Shown here: one piece after another, positions 50,224 to 63,774 of the stretch
How positions within the stretch are numbered: position 1 is the first letter of the stretch
Layout: each line of letters starts with the position of its first letter
NCBI RefSeq assembly: GCF_001194135.2
Contig: NC_068984.1
Span: forward strand, 18,378,899 to 18,442,898
Length of the DNA stretch: 64,000 nt
Direction of reading: 5' to 3'
DNA from: Octopus bimaculoides
Taxonomy: Eukaryota
Translations under genes and position numbers: made by a program
Notes under the pieces: model-generated
Seen by the model: only the letters and a program-made list of their open reading frames with translations
Database searches by the model: none
What the model was told of the DNA's origin: nothing

Positions 50224-52022
50224 TGTGTATATATATATATATATATATATATGTTTGGGTGTGTTATGATGCAAATCCTTCTGCTTTTCGTAGAGGGATT
50301 TGCATTTGAGCAACTTAATGAAAAAGCTGTTTGTGTGTGTGTGTGTGTTTGTTATATCGAAACATACCTGTGATTTACTGTTGCGGCCCTCTGTGCTGCT
50401 GCAGCTTTAATGCTTTAGAGATGATGCTTACTTCCACTGCGGGAATTCTCTTTTAATATGTTCCTCTATTAAGATGATAATAATATTTTATAAATTGAAA
50501 TTTTTTAAAGAAAAAAATTCACAGACATAAGCTTTTGAAATGCCTGGCACTTCACTTTGTTTGCATCTTTTGATGTAAAAAAAAAACTTGTTGTCCCTTG
50601 CTACCTCTGGTTCACACTTGGGTGCAGCTCATACAAATTACAGCAAAGGCAAAACATAAAACTAATAAGAATAACAACAGAAAGAAACAACAACGACAGT
50701 AATAATAATTACACCTAAATATGTTACACAAACTATACAAACTGGAATAAGTTAGTTTACTGTGAAGTCAACAGGCTGGCTTGATAGCTCATGCAGGACA
50801 CTGCAGCAGCAGGAATATTCCCATGATACAGATACCACTTCTTTCCTCGGATTCCACTCTTTCCCTTTAATGTATATTACATATAGCTACATATTTACAA
50901 AAATGACTACCTGTGTATATATGCATGCACACACACACACACATCCTCAAGTCATTAGATACTTTTGTAGCTAAGAGAGATTCATAAACATCAGATTTAG
51001 AATATGTTTTTAAATTAAATAATACACACACATGTACCTGCATCATAGATAGACTTAACATTTCCAGGTGTGTGTGTGTGTTTATAACCTTATTGTATTT
51101 TGTAAGCCATGAAAGGATTGGGTTCACTTCATTATAACTACATATTTTAGTTTTGCTTAACAGCAAATTCTCCCAATGATGAAAATCCTGTTGCTAAAAC
51201 CCAAACAATTCATGTATTTCAAAGGATTTCACTTGTGTTTCAGTTACATTATTTATTTGTAATTTGGAAATTAGATATAATGATAGTCATAAATTGTGTG
51301 TGTGTGTCTATATCATATTTTTATTTTGACTTTTACTCAAGAATTTGTCAGTATGTCTCTCCTAAAATCTAACCCTTACTCCTTATTCTTCATACGTTAC
51401 TTCAAAGAAACAAATGTAGAATTAAATTAAATATACAGTTTCTTGGAATAATTTTATATAAAAGAATTTTAAAAAAAAACATTAAAAATACTCCAATAGA
51501 TTTCTTAGCATTTCCTGTGAACTTCGACAAAACAAATTGGCTAACACAAAAATAGCTCATCTGATATTTATTTCTAAAAGAAACAAAAAAGAAAAAAAAA
51601 AATCATAATGATGAATAGAAAAATATTTCAGAAAAAATAAAATTTCCTTCTGGAATTTTAATGGCTCAAAATTGCCTTGTTGCATGTTGGATTTCTTTTA
51701 GTTTTTAGAAATCAAAGAATTCACAGCTGGTATTTTATTGATTCATTTGTATTCGTTCAATTCCCATTGATTCAGTGCTTACAACTATTAATGTTGGGAT
51801 CCTTTTTTTTATATTTTTAAAGAAAGAATCCTATAGGGATTCCTTCAAAAAAAAAAAGAACTTAGATCAGTGACTAAACTAATAGCTGTCTCTTTATTTA
51901 ATGTTATCCTGTTATAAAAATCAGTGTTTGAACCAGTAATCAACTTCGAGACTTAGAAAATAGGGTATTTTATCAGAAAAATTTTGTCTTGATAAGATTT
52001 TTTTTTTTTTCCTTTCATTCTT

Positions 52023-52330
52023 TAACATCAGTTGGCAGAATCATCAGCACACCAGGCAAAATGCTTAGTGGTATTTCATCTGTCCTTATGTTCTGAGTTC
52101 AAATTCCTCCAAGGCTGGTGTTGCCTTTTATTCTTTCAGGGTTAATGAAATAAGTACCAGTTATGCACTGGTTTATTCTGTAACATCAGATGGCAGAATC
52201 ATTAGCACACCAGGCAAAATGCTTAGTGGTATTTCATCTGCCCTTATGTTCTGAGTTCAAATACCTCCAAGGCTGGTGTTGCCTTTTATCCTTTCAGGGT
52301 TGTGCACTGGGGTCGATGTAATCAACTTAA
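52023..52330 (+). mobile_element. Tandemly duplicated SINE family B 5' segment (158-bp period)
   Basis: Units begin TAACATCAG at 52023 and 52181 and share private substitutions. Confidence 0.85.
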
Positions 52331-52584
52331 CTACTCCTGAGTAAGAGTATAAAAACTGCATCCCTCTGCCAAGCTATGTTGAGCCAGTGATGCAGACTAG
52401 ACTCATCAAACCAGTATGATCACAAACTCAAATTCACAGCCTCCACATCTGACCATGATTAGTAGAGAGAATATGCAGGGGACTGAGCATGGGTATTCTA
52501 ATCCAATCCAGACATCAGTTAACTGGAATTGCAGAAATTTCAGTAATCTTTCTTAGAGTCCCCATTAAAAGGGGGTGGGGTACT

Positions 52585-52798
52585 TGTTTCAGTCATTTGA
52601 CTGCGGCCATGCTGGAGCACCACCCTTAATGGTTTTAGTTGAAGAAATCAACCCCAGGGCTTAATCTTTGTACGCCTAGTACTTATTCTATTGATTTCTT
52701 TTGCTGAACCGCTAAGTTACAGGGGACGTAAACATACCAACATCAGTTGTCAAGCAATGGTGGGGGGAGAAACACAGACACACACACATAAATATATT

Positions 52799-52860
<62 letters not shown>

Positions 52861-53005
52861 GCTTCTGTCAGTTTCCATCTACCAAATCCACTCACGAGGC
52901 TTTAGTTGGCCCAAGGCTATAGTAGAAGACATTTGCCCAAGGTGCTACGCAGTGGGACTGAACCCGGAACCATGTGGCTGGAAAGCAAACTTCTTACCAC
53001 TAGCA
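52585..53005 (-). mobile_element. SINE family A copy lacking the extreme 5' head
   Basis: Family A body in reverse orientation with a long internal (TA)n. Confidence 0.85.
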
Positions 53006-53179
53006 ATTTCAGTCATTGGATTGCTGCCATGCTGGGTATTGTATTTATTCTAGCAGTCTCTCTTTGTGAACTGCTAGGTTACTAGAACGTAAACAAACCA
53101 ATATCAGTTGTCAAGAAGTGGTTGGAGACAAACACAAAGCCCACCACACACACACACACGGACACATATGACTGACTTC

Positions 53180-55035
53180 GATACAGTTTCTTATTTCTTT
53201 ATTGCCCACAAGAGGCTAAACATAGAGGGGACGAACAAGGACAAAGGGATTAAGTCGATTATATCGACCTCAGTGCATTACTGGTACTTAATTTATCAAC
53301 CCTGAAAAAATGAAAGGGAAAGTCTACCTCGGCGGAATTTGAACTCAGAACGTAACGGCAGATGAAATACTGCTAAGCATTTCGCCCAGCATGCTAACGT
53401 TTCTGCCAGCTCGCCACCTTAAATACAGTTTCTGTTACCAAATTTACTCACAAGGCATTCGTCCACCTGGGGTTATAGTAGAAGACACTTGCCCGAGGTG
53501 CTGCACTGTAGAACTGAATCCTAAAGTGCATTATTGCAAAGCAGCCATACCTGCATCTATGTATCTATAAATTAATTTTCCTGAGTAAAAAGGACAAAAA
53601 AAACTGCAATAATGAAAGAACCTTCTAGTACAGGGTAGTCCTAAAGTTTTGTCGTCCCCTACTGAAAAGTAATAAGAACAATATAATAATGTCAAACACA
53701 TGTAACTGGTTTTAGTATATTCACTTTCATTGACACTCACACTGTCACACATTGAGAAAGTCTGTACAAACACCATCATTTTGTGGCATAAAATGATGTG
53801 GTGCCATGTCCTGTGTGATATTTTATGAAGCTGGTCTTTTGTGATTGTTGCGAAGGTGGCCGAAGCAGTGTCCTTCAACTGTTGGGTATTCTGGTATCGC
53901 TCTTGTGAAACTGTCTCCTTGGTAATAGAAAATTATAACAATATTTACAGGTGTTGACAAGGCTTTCGGACCACCCTGCATTTCTGATGCAGAAACAAAA
54001 AATTTAGTTGAAAAACTTGGTTTTAAATTTTTGGCACAAGGCCAGCGGTTTGGGGGGGGAAGTAATAGGTTGATTATATCAGCCCCAGTATTCAACTGGT
54101 ACTTATTTTATTGACCCTGAAAAGATGAATGGGAAAGTTGACCTCAGCAGAATTTGAACTCAGAACATAAAAATGGACGAAATGCTGCCAAGCATTTTGA
54201 TGTGTTAATGATTCTGCCAGCTCTCCATCTTAATAATAATTTCTGATTTAGGCCTCATACTACCAATTTTAAAGGGATGGGAATTAGTCACTACTCTTGA
54301 TCCAGTATTTTACTGGTACTTTATTTTTTCGATCCTAAAAAGTTGAAATGCAGAGTTGACTCTCAACGGAAATTGAACTCAGAACATAATTACAAACAAA
54401 ATGCCACTAAGCATCCCTTTAAAATTGCTCAACATGCTAACAATTCTGCTAGCTCAACACCTTAATTTTAAAGTTGAAAATATTAAATACATGTGAAATT
54501 ATTCTTGTATCATTCTATGACCATTGCCATTTCATTAAAACAAGAATTGCATGTTTACTTCAACAACCAGAAATTTAATGACTCCCAGAATCAATTAGAT
54601 AAAAATATAATGAAGTTTGTTTTTAATTAATAAATTCATGCAACTGAATCTCTACTGTTCAATAGAGTTTCTATATTATTTACACTCCCTTCCTTTTCTT
54701 TTAATTAAAGATTTTTGTTAATGTGACTTTATTTAGATGATGATTAGAAACTGTGGTTATCAATGCTTAAAGCAGACAAGATGGGCAAATGGAATGTATG
54801 TTGTTCTAATTATTATTATTATTAAGGCGATGAGCTGACAGAATCGTTAGCACACTGAATGATATACTTAGCGGTATTTCGCCAGTCACTACGTTCTTCG
54901 TTCAAATTCTACCGAGGGCGACTCTGCCTTTCATTCTTTCGGGGTCGATAAATCAAGTACCAGTTGATTACTGGGGTCAATGTAATCAACTTATCCCCTC
55001 CCACAAAATTACTGTGTTTGTGGTAAGATTTGAAA
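53180..55035. mobile_element. Cluster of SINE family B copies (53180-53420 -, 54030-54230 -, 54250-54460 -, 54826-55035 +)
   Basis: Each shows the GAACTCAGAAC/GTTCTGAGTTC B-box segment and the CTTTCATCCTTTC central motif. Confidence 0.8.
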
Positions 55036-55745
55036 CCATTATTATTATTATTATTATTAGTTTCTCAATTTGGCACAATACCGTGAGCTTGGTACATGTA
55101 CATAATTTAACTTCCATACTCTTTTCTTTACAATGCTGAACAAAAGTTTGGGTCATTGAGGGACTTATAAAACTTCATGTTGGAATGGTTTCTTGTTACC
55201 TCATCCAGGTGCTTGGAACACTTTAAGCTCACTCTTTCTCATGTGTGAAAAACTTATTCAGTCTCATTGCAATACTATTTGCAATTGGGTTGACTTAGCA
55301 CTTATGAAGAAGTACACAGTCAATAAATTTCCCCTGGAGCTTGACTGGTTCCTGTTATTTTGTAGATATCTGCAAGATGAAATTAAAGTTAACCTTGGCT
55401 GAATTTAATCTTAGAATGTAATGAAGTGCCATAAGATACTGCAAAAAGTTTTATCTAGCATGCTGCCATTTCTGTTATTCTATCAACCAAAATATAACAA
55501 ATCTCTTTTAGTTAGTAAATGACTTATAGCTTTAAATGAAGAATGTCATTTTTAGACACTTGTTCAAATCCTTTCATTTGAGTTTGCACTCAGTTTGTAA
55601 CTACATAGTATTAAAAAACAAAAAAAACAGAAAGACTTGCTGGCAACAAGAGCTTTTTTAAGAATTATAACAATTGTTGAAGACCCTCCAAATGGTAACT
55701 GTATTAGCGGTGGTGATATGTCTCTTAAGCATATATTATTACACA

Positions 55746-56141
55746 CAAGGCCGGATTAAGACCCATAAGGGCCTTAAGTACTTAAAAGATGTCTGCAACG
55801 CCATATATATGTAATTCAAAATATGAACAATGATAAACCATAAAATATATTGTTATTTTTTAAAATGAAACAAAGCTAAGAGTAAGGATGGAAAATAATG
55901 TTTATTTTTGAATATTTTCTGTTTTATTTATATTTGAAAAGTTTTCTCCTACTATGACACTATGAATACTTCAAAATTATATTTCTGATCATATAAACCA
56001 CATCGATTATTATTTTAGCAAGTTTAAAGTAATTTCTTTTGTACTGTAAACCATTTACCATTTCTTTAGTACACACACACACACACTTCCTTTGATGCCC
56101 TAAGCACGTGAATATTTTGCTACATGATTAATCCAGCACTG
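55746..56141. mobile_element. hAT-type MITE (~396 bp) with an 8-bp TSD
   Basis: Termini are CAAGGCCGGATTAA and the reverse complement CAGTGCTGGATTAA. The flanks are ATTACACA (55738-55745) and ATTACGCA (56142-56149), a 7/8 match. Confidence 0.72.
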
Positions 56142-56144
56142 ATT

Positions 56145-56194
<50 letters not shown>

Positions 56195-56531
56195 CTGGTG
56201 ATTGTATTAGGAATGGTATGTTTATGTGCATGTATGTATACATACATTACATATATAGCGTGATAGAGACCCTACAACTGGTGGTAGCGATGGTGTTAGG
56301 TCTGGTGAAGATTAGTGTGGATATATGTAAATGCATACATACATGCTTATAGCTGATGGTTGTGGTACTGGTCTGGTATGTCTGTGTGTGTTTATGTATA
56401 CATATAGTGCATATAGATAACATTCTAGAGCTTCTGGTTGTGGCAGAGGTGGTCTGTTTGTGTGTATATACATACATTAGAGACATAGATAGATAACACA
56501 CTCTAGAACTGGTGGTTGTAGCAGGGGTGGT

Positions 56532-57095
56532 ATCATCATCATCATCATCATCATTATCATCGTCATACATCTGCTTTCCATGCTGGCATGGGTTGGCCAG
56601 TTTATCATGAAGCTGGCCAGCTTGGGGTATTGTCCAGACTCCAATTGTCTTTTATGGTATGGATGCCCTTCCTAATGCCAGCCACTTGACAGTGTGTGCT
56701 GCGTGCTTTTTACGTGCCACTGGCATGGGTGCTTTTTGCGTGCCACTGGCACCTGAAAGGACAAGCATGTATGTGTGGAAGACAGCGATTTTACTTAGCT
56801 TCTCACATCTTCTCAACTACATCAAATTGCTACAACTCCCAGTCTTTTGTCATTTCCTCATTGAGGCCCAGCACCCAAAGATCGTTTCTCACCACTTTGT
56901 CCTTTGTCTACCCCTTCTGCTGATACCCTCCACAATTAGAGCTTGGGACTTCTTTACACAGCTGTCTTCATCCATACACATCACGTGACCAAACCAGCAC
57001 AGTCGTCTCTCCTGCACACAACATCTGATGCCTCTTATACCCAGTTTTCCTCTTAAATCATTTATACTGTCATGCATGCACACTGACATTACCCA
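56532..57095 (-). mobile_element. 5'-truncated RTE LINE: ORF C-terminus, 3' UTR and (GAT)n tail
   Basis: Minus-strand translation gives QERRLCWFGHVMCMDEDSCVKK...EGISRRGRQRTKW, then VVRNDLWVLGLNEEM, followed by a UTR shared with the dispersed GAT-tailed repeats. Confidence 0.85.
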
Positions 57096-57900
57096 TATGC
57101 TTGTGTATATAAATTATACATCTATCTATCAATCTATCTATCTGTCTGTCTGTCTCTTTGTTTGTGTTGTGTTGTGTTGTGTGTGTGTGTGTGTGTGTGA
57201 AACCTTCATTACTCAAGGTTCATATGTGTCCATACAGGAATGTTCCTCTTGTGGGTGCAGATTTGGTCAGGGTATTTTACGTGTTTAATTCAAGACCAAC
57301 TGTTGCCCATGCAGCAGATCTTTCCCTCTTCATGTCATCAATGTTTCCCAAAGGAATAGCAAGTCAGTATAGCTTAGCTGCAGTATTGTCACAGGCAAAT
57401 GTACAATGTTAAATGCCCAAACAGATACCACAAAGCTGTGATGTCATATTTTATTTTATCGTATTTTATTAACTCCAGCAGGTTGACAGGTTAAGATGAC
57501 CTCGGCAGGATTTGAATTACATTTGTTCTATGCTCTAAGGATTCTGCCAGTCCACTGCCGTTACCCACACAGATAGGTGTACAAACAACACAAAAGAGCA
57601 CACAACTCATGTCATGTAGTTTAAATATTTATATTAACAGATTCACTCTTGTATCTATGACACAGTGATGGAACTTTAAGTCAAAGCTGTTAATAACTTT
57701 GTGTGTGTGTGATAATGTTTTTGTTGTCGGTATGACCCAAGCAAACCTTGATGAAGCAGATCTATAATTAAAGGCATTCCAACCATGCCCTTCTTGTCTT
57801 TATAAGAGTATGTAATGCTTTATTGTCTTGTCCTTATATAAGACTGCAGAGTGTAATTTGAAGGAACACACGGCTGTGTACGAGTATGTGCCTATACACA

Positions 57901-57988
<88 letters not shown>

Positions 57989-57990
<2 letters not shown>

Positions 57991-58173
57991 TTTTACTTGT
58001 TTCAGTCATTTGACTGTGGCCATGCTGGAGCACCGCCTTTAGTCGAGCAAATCGACCCCAGGACTTATTCTTTGTAAGCCTAGTACTTATTCTATCAGTC
58101 ACTTTTGCCGAACCGCTAAGTTACGGGGACGTAAACACACCAGCATCAGTTGTCAAGCGATGTTGGGGGACAA

Positions 58174-58208
<35 letters not shown>

Positions 58209-58381
58209 CACATATATACGACTGGCTTCTTTCAGTTTTCGTCTACCAAATCCACTCACATGGCTTTGGTCGACCTGAGGCTATAGTAGAAGACACTTGC
58301 CCAAGGTGCCATGTAGTGGGACTGAACCCGGAACCATGTGGTTGGTAAGCAAGCTACTTACCACACAGCCACTCCTACGCC
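57989..58381 (-). mobile_element. SINE family A, full length, little diverged
   Basis: Complete reverse-orientation copy abutting a long (CA)n. Confidence 0.92.
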
Positions 58382-59585
58382 TATATAAATAAAATGAAAA
58401 ATACACATTGTGTACAGGACATTATCAACAAGTGAAAAATACATGAACACACGAGAGAAAAGTACAGAACAAAATACCAAAAGAAGATAACTCCTCATCA
58501 GTTGTCAGGCTCTTTATTACTCCCTATTTCATGCTTTTAACCACAATAAAGGGAACTTCATAAGACAGCAGCAAGCAATTTAACATTAAGCTGAAGGATT
58601 ACTCAACTCTTTAGTCAAGTACATATTAACTTTTTACAAGTTGACAGTGACTTTTGAAGTTTCATCCTGCTTGCCTAAATCAGTCATTACCAGGTGTGAG
58701 CAAGTAAAAGCTTCAAAGTCACTATCAACCTTTCCCTTTATAAAAGTTAAAATAAATATATGTCCTAATGAAGTTTTTTTTTTTATTATTGTATATAAAC
58801 ACATTATATTATCATTATTTTATGTCAGTTTTTCCTCACTGGAATCAGAGCAGGTTTCCCCTGCACAGTGTCTTCCAAATTGTTGGCATCATTTGTCATC
58901 TTCATTTTATGGTTTAGCTTTTGATATCTGCTGTCATCATTTCCCATGTCTTTCTTAGTCTTCCATTTAGTTTTCTTGATATTTCTTTATCCAATATCAT
59001 CATCTTCACAGCTACTCTCACCCACCATTATAAAATGCTGTGTAGCCATGTTTCTCCTCTATAGCCAGACCTGTGCTTGTTCCTCTATCATGCTCTCTCG
59101 TCTTAACACCTGACATAAAGCCATTTCCACTTCATCTCAAATATCTCCCACCTCTTCTTAATCAACAGGGCTTTTCTTTTCTTTTCTCTTGTTCTGCCCC
59201 TTTTCTGTCTTTCAAGTTACTTAGTAAATCTCACTACCACTAACAGCATGAGAAAAGCTTGCTGTAGAGTACACACTCTTAAGTGGCTGGCATTAAAGGA
59301 AAAGCATTCATCCAAAAAGACCATGCCAAAAATGACATTGAAGCTAGATACAGCCCTGCAACTTGCTGGATCTTGTCAAGCTGTCCAACTCATGCCAGCA
59401 TGGGAGATGGATGTTAAATGATGATGATACATTTGTTTACGTGCCACCGGCACAAGAGCCAGTTTATCGGTACTGGCAACGGCCACACACAAATGCCACC
59501 TGCACAGGAATCAGTCCAGCGGCATTGGCAACGACCTCGCTCAAATGTTTTGTTCACATGCCACCGGCACAAGTGCCAGTAAGGC

Positions 59586-59642
<57 letters not shown>

Positions 59643-60164
59643 CTTAGTGGTTAGGATGTTGGACTCATGGTTGTAAGATAATGGTATTGATTGCTGGACT
59701 GAGTGGTGTGTTGTGTTGTTGAACACAAAACACTTCATTTCATGTTGCTCCAGTCCACTTGGCTGATAAAAATGAATAATCCTGTGATGAACGGGCATCC
59801 CATCCAGATGGGGAATATATATATATATATATATATCACGGAAACTAGGAAACCAGCCCTATGAGTCTCTATGACTCAACAAGGGTCTTTATCCTTTAAT
59901 CTTATATATACAACAGACTTTTTGAGTTTCTACCTGTTCAAACCACTCACAAGGCTTTGGTCAGCCGAAGGTGTCACACAGTGGAACTCAACCCAGGACC
60001 ATGTGATCAATAAGCAAGCTTCTTACCACACAGCCACACCTGCACCTATAGACACACACAGACACATACAAGGATGCATAGGAAGAGAGAGATTGAATGT
60101 TTTATATATAATGAGAGAGATAGTGATATATACATATATATATTTTTGAGCACTTATGTATGTA

Positions 60165-60203
<39 letters not shown>

Positions 60204-60509
60204 CATACAGAGAGAATAAGATTGCAATAAATGAAACTACTTTCAAATATACTCTTATCTTTTCAGTTTTTTTCAAACCAATCTTATTTCAAACTGCAGG
60301 AAGCAATAAAAAATGTAATATGATGGTCATATTTAGTGCACTTACATTATTATTGGGCATTAAATTCACTATCTATTTTGTTGTTGTTGTGGTTGTTAGA
60401 TACTTTGTTTTGTTTTGTTTTGTTGATATTCATAAGTTTTCTGTCTCTCATAAAACAAACTTTTCAAAAATCCACCTTTTATATGAGCCTAGTTATGTAA
60501 AATAATTTT

Positions 60510-60532
60510 AATCATAAACACTTACATATATG

Positions 60533-60576
<44 letters not shown>

Positions 60577-60712
60577 TACATACATACATTCATATATATA
60601 TGTACATACACACACACATATATCTGTATGTAAATATACATATATACATTCGTAAAAATACATGTATATACACATACACACACATATACATATGTATAAA
60701 TACATATTCACT

Positions 60713-60748
<36 letters not shown>

Positions 60749-60860
60749 CATATGTACATAAATATACACACATGTATACGCACCCACATATATACATAAT
60801 TATACATACATATACACACACATGCATGCATGCTTATGACACATGCATACACACATTTAT
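60510..60860. repeat. Compound (CA)n/(TA)n low-complexity field
   Basis: Directly visible in the sequence. Confidence 0.9.
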
Positions 60861-61534
60861 TTAAAAGATTTTTGTTACTGCATATCATTTCATGTCTCAC
60901 AGCTCATCTATTTCATAATTTTCTTCCATCTCTTTTAATTAATCTGCCGCTATTTCTGCTCATTCATTCGTTATTATCTATTCCACCTCAATATTCTTTA
61001 TCTCGCAAACAAAATACTAGGTCCTTTCAATTTCCTGTCGTTTGATTCATGCAAAGTTACTCTAATTCTCTTCCTATGTTTGCGTTAAATAACCAAATGA
61101 TTAAATTCTTTGAATCTTCTCCTGCCATTTGCTCGGCTTCCATCTCCATTTCTTGGATTTTGATTCTGTTATGTCCTCCATATCAGCAAATCTTACATTT
61201 CTATGCAGTTGTATTGTTGACAGAAGCTCTCTAAGTTGTCAGCAGCTAGCATTGGTCAAACTCTTGACTACATATTCTTTTAAATGGCTACACTTTGGCT
61301 GTTATATATTCTTACACTGTGAGAATGTGTGGGGGGGGGATAGAGAGCAAGAGAATTTACTTCCTAACTACATGGTTCTGGTTTGATTCTACTGTGCAGT
61401 GCATTGGGCAAATATCTACCTTGTGAGTGACACCTGGTAGACAGATTTGTATAGGATCAAGTTGCATATGCATGTGTTTGCTGACATGTCAAGTTATGCT
61501 CTCTTATGAGAAACTAAATGTAACACAGTGGTTC

Positions 61535-61765
61535 AATAAGTAGATGGATTCTTCAAGCCAAGCCAACCAGTGAGAGAACTAAAAGCAGACCAAGACAAAA
61601 ATGATTGGATAATATCCATCATCTCAGTTGGTTGTGCTTGGGAATCCAGTAGGGAAAGTATAATGATGGTTGTTTCTGATAGGACCTTACGGCGGAAGGG
61701 CTTGATGATTGTACCCCTACAGCCCTTCCAGGAATAGTGAGCAGAGAAAATGGATGGATAGTGAT
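61535..61765 (+). mobile_element. Expander/Rex3-like RTE 3' end, second copy
   Basis: Aligns by eye with the reverse complement of 3790-4000 and ends GAAAATGGATGGATAG. Confidence 0.65.
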
Positions 61766-63196
61766 TCAATAAGTAGAGTTCAATGAAATAAGTTTCAGAC
61801 AAATAATGGCAAGGAGTCCTTATGATTTACTAAAACCATTGTAAAAAATGATTTACTAAAACCATTGCGGCTTTCTGCCCCACCACCCCAGCTAATAAAA
61901 GACTATACATGTAGAACCGTTTCCCTATGCTGACATGTTTTGGACAGGTTTATAATACAGTAAATCCCCAAATCTTGATCCCGCATTGTCTTTTTTCCTG
62001 ATGCCTTACTCCGATATCTTACTCTGATTTTTCTTCTTTTTTCTCTCTTTTCTGCTTTACTTTTCTGTACTCGAAGTACTTTCCTATCACAAAACATACG
62101 TAAAAGAAAAAACGCCCATGTCAGTGCTGTGTAAAAGTACCCAGTACACTCTGTAAACTGGTTGGCATTTGGAAGGGTACCCAGCCATAGAAATCATGCC
62201 GAAACAAACAATGGAGCCTGAAGAGCCCTTCAGCTGGTCAGCTCCTGTCAAACCATCCAACCCATGCCAACATGGAAAACAGATGTTAAATGACAATGAT
62301 GATGATGTATATGTAAATACTGTTGACTAGTCAAGCTAAAAGGGGAGCTGGTGTGACTTTTGTTGAACTGCTAGAAATTGCTGCCAGATTCTCCTCAAAT
62401 TACACAGTACTGTCTTAGAAATGTAAGGATGTGTTTGTTAATGTAGTGCTTGACTGAGAAAATGACAAGATGGTCACAGCTCGTTTGATTTGTCCACTCA
62501 ATCAAGGCTAATTTTGAGTTAGATGACAAGCAACATTAGCTAATACCCCTGATACCAAGTCATCACTTACTCATATTTTTTTTTCTCAGATTTTGTTGTA
62601 AATTAGTTTTGTGCTTCCTATGGGCCACATTAAATTTTCTTCAGGCTGACAGAATCAGAAAAAGCCTGGGGCTAAATAACATTTACTCATGTAAAGTACA
62701 GTATAAGCTTATCTCAAACTACCACTCTGTCTTGCAAGGATCCAATCAATAAAACGAAAAGACAATATATTCAAACAGTGTCAAAAGTTACAATCAAATC
62801 ACATTAGAATAAAACTTTCAGACAGATAGATGGAGTATCAAAAAAATAAAATGTCTTTATAGCAGACCATAAATTTGTGAAATTACTTGCTGAATGAGAA
62901 AATAGGACAGACTGCAGAATGTGGAGACATTAGAAAGACTATTGAGAAGTTCTTGAGTTATCAGTTGGAAGAAATCTTTACTATAGCATTGAATGGTTTC
63001 AGAATACAACAGCTGAAACAGATAGTGTAATTAGAATTACAAATGATGTAGATAATCGACTGTTTAATTTTTGTAGGTTGAGTAATAAGGCTTATTAGAT
63101 ACATAACGATGTTAATCTTTTCATTTCTTACATCTTAAAAGTAATTATATTGTCATAAAGATATAATTTTTTTGTGTCTTGGGAGAGTCATTAAAT

Positions 63197-63450
63197 AGAC
63201 CCCCTTTGGTCAGAAATGACCATAGGGTTACACTTAGAAAGTTCCCCTCTGAGGCATAAGTCCGGGCAAGGTTGTTTATGGAAGACCAGCAGTTGGTCAT
63301 TCATACCAGCCTCCCTTCTCCATGCTACCAATGTTATCCAAGAGAAAGGCAAAGGCCAATACAGCTTGGCACCAGTGACATCACAACTCATTTCTACAGC
63401 TGAGTGAACCGGAGCAACATGAAATGAAGTGTCTTGCTCAAGAATAACAG
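63197..63450 (-). mobile_element. SINE family C lacking the tRNA head
   Basis: Aligns with 35459-35710. Confidence 0.85.
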
Positions 63451-63473
63451 CACACACACACACAGAGGCTCAA

Positions 63474-63636
63474 ATCCACTTTTCTATTGTTTGTCAGTTG
63501 GTTAGGTATCTAACCAACTGACTAATTGATTGTTTAATGTGTTGGTTCAACATTCAAAGCCAGCACATTAAACAACCAATCGATTAGTTGGTTGGTTAGA
63601 TATATAATCCACTGACTCACAATAAAGAAGTGGAAA
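63474..63636. repeat. Imperfect ~160-bp foldback with a nested 12-bp hairpin
   Basis: The inner arms are CTAATTGATTGTTTAATGTGTTGG and CCAGCACATTAAACAACCAATCGATTAG, and the outer arms extend to CCACTTTTCTATTG and CAATAAAGAAGTGG. Confidence 0.75.
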
Positions 63637-63734
63637 TTAGCCTTGGTGTAATGACTCTGCCCAGACACAACAAAATTTGTTTCAACACACAATTTCACAT
63701 CAAGAATCTTGCAAACCAAATACAAAAAAACATG

Positions 63735-63771
<37 letters not shown>

Positions 63772-63774
63772 TCA

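Noticed and set aside
52501-52535. CAGACATCAGTTAACTGGAATT resembling the FHA motif QDIQLTGI
   Set aside because: It needs a frameshift, has in-frame stops and lacks the flanking FHA residues and splice sites.
61822-61867. 20-bp direct repeat with a 6-nt spacer
   Set aside because: Most simply a 26-bp slippage duplication, with no functional evidence.
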